This document shows positions 53,006 through 64,000 of a stretch of DNA of 64,000 nt, piece by piece. The translations under genes and the position numbers were made by a program. Numbering within the stretch: position 1 is the first letter of the stretch; every line of letters starts with the position of its first letter. The DNA is from Octopus sinensis (lineage: Eukaryota): assembly GCF_006345805.1 (NCBI RefSeq), contig NC_042998.1, forward strand, positions 177,692,001-177,756,000, in the 5' to 3' direction. The notes under the pieces were generated by a model. The model was not told the origin of the DNA. It did not search any database and saw only the letters and a list, made by a program, of their open reading frames with translations.

Positions 53006-55514
53006 CAACATAAAATACAAAAATCTGTTTCTGTAAATTTGCTGACAATCATAAACTATAGTAAACTCTTTTTATAAAGTTTAAAAAATAGTTCCTTTAA
53101 TACTTGTGGCTTTTTCTTAGATGTTTCAATTTAAGTGAAAAACTGGACAGAACCAACAAATATATCTCCAACTAACAAATTATGATATGTGGAAGAAACA
53201 TTCATTTCATTTAGCAATTATCACTGAAACATAAATATTTGTATTTAACTCCCAAGAGCAGGGTTATCTAAAAACCAAACTGCCTTATTTAAAGGAGAGA
53301 GGAGAATTATGTTGGACAGATAAGATTGAGCACTTTTATGCTGGGCAAAAAAGCATTTTAAGTCTAATGTCACCAAAACAAAATGTCAAGCACAAAAGAA
53401 GGTGATTTAAAAAAAGGGCTTTGTCCTATTTAACATGACAGTAGAAATAATTCAAGAATATGCAGAATGAAAGGAATTTTATCTAATATTCTGATTTGAT
53501 AAATTAAATAACATAAAAAAAATACCATTTTAAAACTGGTGTCATTTCAATTGGAAAACATTCATCTTATACTGCAGTATAAGTAATAAGCTTCTCATGA
53601 AATGAATACGACAAAGATTTTATTCATGATTGTAGCTATTTCCCTTCTACTAAGGCCTTGAAAAAAGAATGAATGCTACAACTTCCAATTCCTAACTTCC
53701 TGAAGCTGAGAGGGTTGGTTACCCATTAAAGAGTATCTCTAACAACAAACAGTTGACTATCACACAATTACATTCTATTTATTGCTATGATGAACTAACA
53801 ATTAAGAATGTTGTGTGTGGGGAGGGGTATAGAGAGAAACAAAGATTTCACAGCTTTCATAAATATGCAATCTCAGTAAGCAATACAGTGCTTATCCAAA
53901 AGCACCTGAAAAGTAGGAAGAAAAAGTATTTTTATACATATAGCTTCTTTAAGTTGTTATAAATCAAGAAGTAACAATTAGAAATGAAGCTAAAATGTGG
54001 GAAATATAACTAGAGACATTAATAGTTTTCAGGATAAACTAACATTAGTTTTCAATATAAAATACTGATAGAAATAAATCATAAATCGCCAACGAAAGCC
54101 TCCAATGCCAGGAATGTAGTTATATCTAGATACCATCCAAGCAGTAAAGTGTAAAATACGATGAATCAGAGAAGAAAGGTGAGGGAGAGAAACAGATGAG
54201 AAAAAAAAAGTGAAACATTCAATAATAGATCGGGCCAAATCTAGATTAAGCATATTAAAAAAATTTTAATTCAGTAACATTCTAAAATTGGAGATCAATA
54301 GAAAATATTCTAACAATCAAATCCCATGCTTTTTAACAATAGACAAAAATATGTTAAAGTAATTAATTCACCCACAAAAGTTTTGAAAGCAGTCCTTAAT
54401 ATAAAGACCCTTTTGTGACTGGCAATGTCAAATTGCTGAAGGGTAGATCTTAGGATTTGCCTGGGCCACACTGGAAGAACATCTATTAATTCACTTGAGG
54501 ACATTTGTGTGTGTGTGTGTGTATGTTTTTTAAACTACAGTCAAGATTCTGCAGAGCAAAAAAAGTGTTAAGTGTCTCAAATGAATATAGACACTTTCAG
54601 ATCAAACATCTAATTACATTTCAACTCTTACAGCACTGCCAGGCCAATATATCAGAATAATGCAACCAAAAATACCTCCATTTTTAACATATCAGCCAAA
54701 ATAAAGCTCTTTCTTCTCAGTTGCCATGTTGCAGATTGTAATTAGCAGGTACTGTTTATGGACACTACCTGCCAAGTGAAAAACTGGACAGAACCAACAA
54801 ATGTCTCTAATTAACAATTTATGACATGTGGAGGATTCATTTCATTTAGCAATTATCTTTCGAAACTGAAAAATATTTGCATTTAACTCCTAAGAGCAGC
54901 ACTTTTTAGTGATGTGACACAGATGACAATAATAATGATCAAAGTATTGACAATGCTGGGGGTAGTGGCAACAATGTAAAATCAGATTTTTTTCTAATAA
55001 TCTTGAAGGGAGTGAAAGTCAAAACAACAGAAATGATAATGTTGACAATGGTAGTCATTAGCTAATTAGTACAACTGATTCTGTTGTAATGTTTTGTCCC
55101 ATCTGCAATTTTACGAAAATCTATGGGGTGCAGCATAGTTATATAATGTTATTTGAATCATTATTTTTCTATTGTTTTTGACAACCTGTAGTGTTTTTAA
55201 ACAAATACTCAAAAAAGCCATAGGGCTAAAAGGGCTAATGATAACAGGGATGATGATAAGTAGAGAGTGAAAGTTATAATGATGCATAAACATTTTGTAT
55301 GCTGATATTAAACATATCTGTTTCTAAGGAGAAAGTGCATGGAGTATTAATTCAACCCTAATATACAACTAGTGCTTATTTATAGTGACACTGGAGAAAT
55401 TAAAGTAAGCTGAACATTGAAAAGATTTGAAAATTAAAACAGAAAACACCAAATAAATGATAGAATACAGTTCTAAATATAAGAGATGAGGAATTATTTA
55501 CATTATTTACATAT

Positions 55515-55727
55515 TAGCCAGCCTCGCCTGGCACCTGTGCGGGTGGCACGTAAAAAGCACCCACTACACTCATGGAGTGGTTGGCGTTAGGAAGGGCATC
55601 CAGCTGTAGAAACATTGCCAGATAAGACTGGAGCCTGGTGCAGCCTTCTGGCTTCGCAGATCCCCGGTCGAACTGTCCAACCCATGCTAGCATGGAGAAC
55701 GGACGTTAAACGATGATGATGATGATG
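55515..55727 (+). mobile_element. 5'-truncated RTE 3' end inserted into the palindromic element
   Basis: Matches the reverse complement of 27010-27200. (GAT)n tail and TSD ACATAT at 55509-55514 and 55728-55733. Confidence 0.85.
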
Positions 55728-55765
55728 ACATATGACGGATATTTGTCCTCATTTTGTTTATTGTT

Positions 55766-55811
55766 AACACAATGTTTCAGCTGATATACCCTCCAGCCTT
55801 CATCAGGTGCC
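55766..55811 (-). ncRNA. Hammerhead motif (CpG-decayed helix III)
   Basis: GGCAC-CUGAUGA-A-GGCUG…CAGCU-GAAA-CA-UU-GUGUU. Confidence 0.55.
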
Positions 55812-55995
55812 TTGGGGAAATTTCGAACCTGGCTTCTCATTCCTAAGGTATCTTTTTATGTTATTATTATTATTCAAGCCACTGCCTGGAATCAAACTCG
55901 GAATCTTGGGGTTAGTAGTCTGTGCGCTTAACCACTATGCCAATAACATAGAAAAATACCTTAGGAATGAGAACCCAGGTTCGAAATTTCCCCAA

Positions 55996-56041
55996 GACAC
56001 CTGATGATGGCTGGAGGGTGTATCAGCTGAAACGTTGTGTT
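55996..56041 (+). ncRNA. Minimal type I hammerhead ribozyme motif
   Basis: GACAC-CUGAUGA-U-GGCUG(GAGGGUGUAU)CAGCU-GAAA-CG-UU-GUGUU. Core intact, ACGU palindrome, GUU triplet. Confidence 0.7.
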
Positions 56042-59000
56042 AACAACAAACAAGATGACAAATATTTGTCAAATGTAAATGATAGAATATTTATGAAAAG
56101 CCAATTAGTGCTTAATTTTGCAACCTAATAAAAAACAAATATTAAATATAATTACTTACAGAGAAAAATTAGTTAAAAGATAAGTACAAATTTATCTTAC
56201 ATTCTGAAAAGTCTATTTGAAACTATCAAATTAAATCTAGCTTCAGGTGGTGTTATGGACCATACACATCCATAAAGCTTTCTTGACAAGTCACAGAAGT
56301 GGTTTACCATTACCTTCCATTGAAGTTGTCTCGCTGGAGATTTTGATCTCCATATCTATTCACATCTAGGTGAATTTGGCTAGTTGAAAGTTAAGCACTC
56401 TGGTCACTAACATATTGCAGTGCTGAGGATAGAACGTGAACTAACAAACTCCTATTTGGTTGTTAACTATGCTTTTTGTGCAATCGCATGTGCATGTATG
56501 TATGAGTGCATATTGTTTGATGTGGAGAATTCAGGTGATCAATCAACATTATTATCTGCTCCTGAATTAATGCTTAAGTAGCTGAACATTCCACAAGATG
56601 TGTACCCACAATGTACTTTTCAGACAGAAAGAGCATGATGCAATGTGTGAAAAGGCCATGCCTTATGAATTACTGATACAATCAACTAACAAGATAGAAG
56701 TTAACTTTTAGAAAATGAAATTTGCCCAAGGTGCCATGCAGTAAAACTGAAACCAAGACCTGATGACTGCGAAGTGAACTTCTTAATTATTCAGGCATGT
56801 GTGTGCATATATAATCATCATCACCACCACCCTCAAATATCCATGCTCCATACTAGCATAAGTTAGGTGGTTTGACAAGGAACTGATGAGTCAAAGGACT
56901 GCACCATGCTCTAGTATCTGCTTTGGCATGGTTTCTACAGCTAGATGCCCTTCCTAATGCCAACCACTTCACATGTCAGCAACAGTATTGAAATCACCAT
57001 GTAGCTCACAAGTGAATAAACCTAGCAAGGGAGAATCTCTCTGTACCTCAAGGATTCACAGTGACACTTTGTCCACCAACTTTTTCTCTCTTTCCAGCTC
57101 TACTTTAACTATTCCCATTCACTCTTATATAATGCAAGGTAGTCATGTATCTCCTCTGCAACAAGAAACATGTTCTTGCCTCTTCTTCTGTACTTAATTT
57201 CTCAACACCTAGCATAAATCTGTTCCCTTCTCTACTATAGTTCCATTCAGTTCAGGAGAATTCTTAGTCTTGTGATCTACTAGAACTGGTGCCATGAATA
57301 AAGCATTCATTAGAGTCTGTGAAATGGTTGATATTCAGAAGGGCAACCAATCCACACATCTGTTAAATCCAGTATAGCCATCCAACTTATATGAATATGG
57401 AAAACTTAGGTTAAAAGACAATGATGATGATGACAATATGAAGGAAAAATCACAGTGGAATAGGAGGAGTTGAACTCAGTATGGCAAGGAGCGAAAATGT
57501 CACTTGGTTTACAGTGAGAGAATTGTTTCTACATTGCAGCACCTACTTATGATGAGGTGGCTGAAGAAGAGTATGGATTTATTTATTTATCTATACTCAA
57601 CAGGGAAGCACATTACCTCAACATGAAAATATGTCATCTTTTAAATAGACAAGCTCTGGCATATTGACAATTCAACTGGTAGGTGCTGGCACAAGTTAAA
57701 AAATAAATAAATTTTTATTTGTTTAGATAACTCTTGGTTAGTGTTTTTAGGTTAACCTGAGTAAGCTTACGTCTCCTATACAGCCCAACTACAGTCTTTT
57801 CAAATGTTAGAAAAGAATCAATACATTTGTGCAAGAGATGCTGGACCATACAAGTATGCATGAGCAGAATACAACTAAACTGTCACTCTGCTTGTATTTT
57901 ACCAGCTTCTCTGTTACTCTCAAATAATTTAGCTTGAATCCAGGGCTTCAATTACCAACACAAATTTATGATTCACAAGTCAGATGAAAAATCTCATGAA
58001 TGAATTCTTTGTATTTCAGTGAAAAGTCATAAATCAATATCATGAGTCATAAATCAACACTGTAATGAGTGAATTAATTTTAAAATTTATATGCAGTGTT
58101 CTCTCTACAGTTTCTACTGCTTATTTTTAGAAAAGCAGGAATATATATTTGTTTGACATGTTATTATTTGAACATACACACTGCTATACAATAATAATAA
58201 TAATACATTGGAATTACTATTTCATTAACTACTATTTTAGAAGTGGCATATTTTGAAAAGTTATCAAACAGAAAATAAAACACATGCTTCTTAACAACAT
58301 AAAATCCCTATTCACTAAAAAGAAAGAAATCTAAATTTTGTACGTAATTAGTCAAGGGAGGAGGTTTAATATCCATGATCTTTATTGGTCCTTCCAAAGT
58401 AGTGAGATTGATGTGATTGAGGATTAGCTTGTAGGTTAATGCCTGCAGGAAAGACATGTATGAGGAGAGAGCCAAAGGCCTGATCTAGATACACAACAGA
58501 CTGATCTTTGCCGAGAGCACCAAAGGATCAGATGATGGGTTTAAACAGAAAAGTACACAAGTTAAACTTACTTAAGAGCAAATTTTTCAGACTAGTATAT
58601 TAGAAAAATAATGATAATGAGCATATAAAATTAGGAATTTCCAAATATTCTGACATTATAATTCAATAAAAGTTCAAAAGCGTTAAGGGATTTACACCAA
58701 AATCTCTTCATAAACCACCATTTGATGGTAACGCCAAGAAAAAAGGCACTAGTCTGAAGAAACATTGACAGGTAGAGACCAGAAATGGAGAATAGTATGT
58801 AGCAATTTGGTTGCCAAATATTGTAGTTTTTAAGGCTTTCTATTTTAAGAGCAAAATGAATTACAAAGAAAGTATTGAACTAATGTGAAATGCTGAAAAG
58901 GTTACATAATAAACATTTCTACAAATACAGAAATATTCAGGAAATGCAAAAATATTTTTAACATATCTCAAATTGTTCTTCTACCACATTCCAATGAATA

Positions 59001-60429
59001 ATGAATGCTAAGCTCAATTGTTAGTTCATCTGAATAGCACCCAATGCTATTTTTTTATAATTTCTAAAAAAAGTTATAACTTGTAACAAACTACACTTCA
59101 CCACGTTTTAAAAATAAAATGAGAACAGGATTTCTCTAACCTTTCCACTGATGTCAGTTAATCTTTTTCTTGTAAAACACTAATTCACTCACCTCTGCAA
59201 GTTTTCCTATTATTCCTTACTGAAGATACTGTATACTGTTAATACTTTGATAAATTAAATGAATAAGCTGTGAATGCATGTTAATCACCAGAGTGCCACT
59301 TGTATACGCACTCATTGCACAGCACTGTAACATTAAAATTTCAGTTCATAGTGTCCTTATTTCGTTCATATTTATATACATATAACTTCTATAATATTAC
59401 TCATTTTAGCTATGTTGGTTAACTTGACATTCTTCATAATTTTCATTTATCATTTTTAATTGACATGACATATAGTTGACATCAGAAGTGGAATTCACTA
59501 AGGAAACAAAACCTTTGTTACACTGATGAAAAATATGATTAAGTGAACACAACCTACACAAACGTGGAAAATAATTTCAAATCTAATAATTTTTTCCACT
59601 CTTTTATATAGTTATTACTGATCTCAGTCACTAGGCTACAGCCATGGAAAGACACCACCTTCAGAACTTTTAACTGCGAAGGAGGTGTCTCTCTGGTACT
59701 TATTTTTGATGATCTCTATTTGTTAAATCACTAAGTTGTGGGACATAAAAGGACACAAAACAAACAGTAGACCAATGTAAACATACACATACATGTACGT
59801 GCACTCACACACACACATTTCTATAGCTGATCACGCAACCATACAAAACCTGCCTCAACAACATCTGACCTATGCAAGCATGGAGAAAATGGACAGTGAA
59901 CAAAATTTTTTAAACATATATGTGCAGATGTGTGTGTGTGTGTGTGTATGTGTGTGCATGTGCAGCCATGCCAATGTAGATAGAGAATTCATTTTATTAC
60001 CACATAATTTTGAATTCTGTCTCAGTGTGTAGCACCTTGAAGAAGTCTCTTCCGCTGTGGTCATTGAGCTGATAAATACATTGCAGGTGAAACTGGGAAA
60101 CAGAAACTGTGTGGGAATTTGTTGTGTGTGTGTGTGTGTGTGCGCACACATGTATATCTGTATCTGTTCACATTCTGTGACCTTGCATAAAATATGCTGC
60201 ACCAAAGAAAAACTAACATTATCTTTTATCTTTTACTTGTTTCAATCATTAGACTGCAGCCATGCAAGGGAACCACCTTGAAGAACCTTTAGTTGAATGT
60301 ACTTAGTTTTGGTAAGCTTTCTACTTATTCTCTCAGTCTTTTTTGCTGAATCTCTAAGTTACAGGGGAAGATAATATTTCTTAGTAGCTCTGATTTTGAC
60401 AAGTGGAATAAAAAAGTCCATTTCTTGCA

Positions 60430-60700
60430 AAGCAAGTAAGAGTTAGCAACAGGAAGGACAGCCAGCTGTAAAACAAAGCCCCAACATATATTTGTCCAAC
60501 CCATGCTAGCATGGAAAAATGGGCATAAAATGAATCAATGATCAAACATAATAAACTCCTACAAAGTTTCTGTCTATCAAATTCTTTCACAAGATATTGG
60601 TCAACTTGTGGCTATGGTAGATGACACTTGCCTATGGTGCCACACTGGGATTGAACCCGAAACTACATGGTTATGAAGCAAATATTTTAACCATAGTCAT
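60430..60700. mobile_element. RTE-like tail (+) abutting a SINE head (-), degenerate
   Basis: CCAACCCATGCTAGCATGGAAAA on +, followed by antisense GACACTTGCC..GGTGCCACAC.GGGATTGAACCC. Confidence 0.6.
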
Positions 60701-60866
60701 GCTTGGGGATGGTGATGATAATGATAATGATGAGGCAATGATGGTGGCGGGTGAGTGCAGCTCATGAATGCCAAAGACTTATACATTTGTAATGCTCCAC
60801 TGGACTTGCTACTTTCATTTATAAGAAACAGGTGTAACAACCACTCAGTGCAAACTATTAAATTAA

Positions 60867-61087
60867 CCCTTTAGCATTTAAACCAGCCATATTCAGCCCA
60901 AATATTCTACCTGTTTTATGTTCAAAACCAGCCAGGTCCAGCCTTTCACACCCAACCTACAATGTCATTCTAAAAATAAACAATCACATCACTGAAAACT
61001 CAAAGCTATGAGATAATGCAAGATTAATTCAAAACAATGTGAATAAATAAACATTACATTTGACAGAATAATCTGAATGCTAAAGAG
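60867..61087. mobile_element. TTAA-type (piggyBac-like) MITE
   Basis: TTAA|CCCTTTAGCATT…AATGCTAAAGAG|TTAA, 12-bp TIRs. Confidence 0.85.
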
Positions 61088-61245
61088 TTAAAGCTATTCT
61101 AATTCAAACAGATATGTTTGATATTTCCACAAATATATTTGGGAATTGATTCTCAGGGTTCACAATTCTCAATAGTTTTTATATGTATAATAATGATATT
61201 TTTCATTCAGTTAACTTAGGATGCTAATATTACACAACCATAGGG

Positions 61246-61280
<35 letters not shown>

Positions 61281-62346
61281 TTTGTTGTTCCTGCCCCCCC
61301 CCCCCAACATACTATCCTAATGGCAAGATACACAAACATCTTCAATTTGTTGTTCTTGACTATTTTATCAAAACAGCAAAGAATTTCTCTACATGACTCG
61401 GCACTATTGAATACCTTCTATATATTCTTCCCACATATTCATTTACATATTCATTTACAACAGTAGAAAATAAGGCAGTTATAGTTCTAACTGGGGTTCT
61501 CTCTTTTAGGTTATTAATAAAATTTTTGTTGCACAATCTAGTCACACTATACTAATTTTAAGATTTTATTAAGCAGTCACATGGTTTACTTCTTTATGAG
61601 AAAGACACATACACACATACACAACCTTATCATTTGTTTCTCTGAATTATAATTTCTTTCTTTCTGTTCAATGCTAGCTGCAAAAACAATGTAAACTTTG
61701 AAATTAATGCTTTGCTGTTGACTTTTTTATTATTTTTTCAGTGAATGCTTTGTTAAAACTTTTTTTATTTATATCATAATTAAAAAATATCTAGAAAAAA
61801 AAAACTTATACAATATCATGTAAAGTAATCACTGACTTTGTTTAGTAATCATTAAAACTGGAATGAATTAAAATACAATTCTACTCTGCTATAATATAAA
61901 TAAGTAATCATCATGCTATAGAGCAAAATATATATAATTTACAAATAAAAAAATATTTCATTGGTATAATAATTTGCATAATCGAAAACATTGTATTCTT
62001 TAATAATACATCGAATTATCTGTATAATAGTCCTGCAGCCATATGGTTATTATATTCGTTTAGGAACCAATTTAGTAGTTTAATAAATATCAGCAAAATA
62101 GATGGCTCAAACTATGTGTGTGATTAGTCTTATTTGGGGGTGTTCTTGTTTTTTGCTTTTTATAGATAAACTGTTTTATGAAATAAAATTGAGACAAACA
62201 TAACCTGTATGAAAGTGCAACTGTTTTAAATGCACTCTCATTAAAAAAATGAAGTTAAGAATTTGCTTATCAATTTACCTGGGAAAATAATTTGTTATGA
62301 GTAGCATAACTTGCTATGAGTAGCACTTTATAAAATAAAAAAATAC

Positions 62347-62418
62347 CTGATTCATTTTTTCTGTAAGGCTCCAACAAACGGTTCCTTTTCTTTTCATATC
62401 CTTTCTGGGTAATATCAC
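62347..62418 (-). CDS. DIP2: DIP2-family (disco-interacting protein 2 homolog) coding exon, N-terminal DMAP1-binding domain; probably exon 2
   Basis: Minus strand reads ttttttatctag|GTGATATTACCCAGAAAGGATATGAAAAGAAAAGG…GAATCAG|gtattt. This is a 72-nt phase 1-1 exon encoding (G)DITQKGYEKKRNRLLEPYRKNES, matching the GDITQKGYEKKR motif of DIP2 proteins. AG/GT sites are canonical and there is a polypyrimidine tract. Confidence 0.93.
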
Positions 62419-64000
62419 CTAGATAAAAAAGAAAAAAAAATTGAAAAAATGGACTTAAATTATTATATATGTATACATATATTGTAGTTATTATTTCACC
62501 ATTCATAAATACAACATTATTATAATCTAGTTACAGCTGGTGAGCATTCAGCACTGTTCAATTTTTAAAAAGTTTGGCATGAAGTCAACAAGTTCACAAG
62601 AACAAAAGAAAATATGCTTTAGAGGAAATCAATGTCGCCAATTTTAAAAAGTTTTTCAAAGAATAAGCTAATATTAAACTGCTATTCTTTATTGTATTTC
62701 ATTGAAAGAAAGAAAGCTGACTAGCCATTAGGGTTTGGTTCAAATATACTAATTGCACGATTCCAGGTTACAATCAGGGTTTACTTTAGAACTCAATTTG
62801 AATGTAACCTCTAGGAAGTTGTATATAATTTTTTTTTTTTCGTATGAATTGTGTAGGTAATTGAATGTGCACACATGTGTGCGGTTACACCAATTATTTT
62901 TCTTATTAGGTTATCAAATTTAAAACAAACTAAAACATACCGATTTTGACTCAAGCTTAGTTATATAAATGACAAAATTTCAATTTTAACAGAAGTTAAT
63001 TTGATTGTTAAATGCACAGAAAAAAAACCAAATCAGATTTTCAGGCTTTTACGAAAGAGGATTTGGTAGAAGCACTGCTGTTCCCACAATAAGCTGCTAG
63101 TAAATTTTGATTTCAACATTTTTGATTTTACTCCTGTTCAAAGCTTGTTTAACAAATTATGTAGGGATAAACTTTTCAGTCAAACATCTTTAAATTCAAG
63201 ATTTTGATTTGGTTGCACAGCTATGATGCAAACACTCAAACAAAACAATAATTACTTGTTTTGGTTAGCTACAAAGTAAATTTTTAGCCCCGAGGTGTAT
63301 AATCAATTGAAATGACTAAATACATTACTGGTTCTTACTTTATTAACCTCATAATGATGAAAGGTTAAGTCAATTATAGCTGTAGACCAAATAGTGTAAT
63401 GAATTCATCTGATGCTCTACAATAGCCACCAACATACTATTTTGAAAAAGACACTTTTATGATAAGAATGATAATGATTCTTTGTTTTGTGCAAATATTA
63501 TAGCATTGTTCAATATTATATTGCTCTTTCTTGTAAAATGTAATGGCTATCACCTGACTAATACAAAAACTGTTTCAACAATTGATGAAACAGTTTTAAA
63601 CAACTAACTGTAAAATAGTTAGAATGTGATTATACATATCTATTATAGCAGATAGAGATAGCTTCAAAAGAGAAAATGTGACTGCAAGAGAAGAGAGTTA
63701 TAAAACAAAAAAAAAAGAGATGAAAGAAAAGACAATGAAACAAAGCAAGAGTGAGATGGTACTGAAAGAAGAACATTTTGATAAGCCCTTTTTTTTTTTA
63801 ATGCATTATGGTATTTATTCTCACTCTAATCAGAGCTAGTGAATTTACAATTTTGACTCGGTTGGCTTAGACAGCTTCTACAGTTGAACATACACCCACT
63901 AAACATTCCGTTAACAAAAGTCACAGGTTCAGGCTGGAGATGATAGACAGTCATCTCTTTTGTTACCCACAACCCAAGTGCCACCAACAAAAGATTACAG

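Larger units (their letters stand above)
55468..56075. mobile_element. Palindromic non-autonomous Penelope-like element with a tRNA-like head and two hammerhead motifs (copy 2)
   Basis: Inverted arms. tRNA-like head on the minus strand at 55875-55942. Direct repeat TAAATGATAGAATA at 55454-55467 and 56076-56089. Confidence 0.78.
19481..62346 (-). other. Large DIP2 intron (~42.9 kb), GT…AG
   Basis: Bounded by the donor at 62345-62346 and the acceptor at 19481-19482, with compatible phases. Small alternative exons inside cannot be excluded. Confidence 0.7.

Noticed and set aside
56883-56902. CTGATGA-GTC-AAAG-GAC hammerhead-like start
   Set aside because: Not followed by GAAA, and it lies in a decayed antisense RTE tail, so it is coincidental.

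Overview
AT-rich eukaryotic, repeat-dense intronic DNA. The SINE, RTE and MITE repertoire strongly resembles octopus (cephalopod) genomes; this is an inference from repeat style. The only host coding sequence I can support is two small minus-strand exons of a DIP2 (disco-interacting protein 2) family gene: 62347-62418 (GDITQKGYEKKRNRLL, DMAP1-binding domain) and 19385-19480 (…QRRAHRRLTREDNRYHS). They are separated by a ~42.9 kb intron and the flanking exons lie outside the window. The rest is intron filled with decayed mobile elements: RTE and CR1/L2 LINEs, several tRNA-derived SINE families, mariner (DD34D) and maT (DD37D) transposons, three hAT remnants, TTAA MITEs, two near-identical non-autonomous Helitrons, and microsatellites. 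The most interesting signal is non-coding. Two palindromic, TSD-flanked elements (16-377 and 55468-56075) combine a tRNA-like Pol III head with minimal type I hammerhead ribozyme motifs in both arms, suggesting a Penelope-dependent SINE or retrozyme-like family. Three further, different hammerhead-like motifs also occur. Almost all supplied ORFs are spurious.
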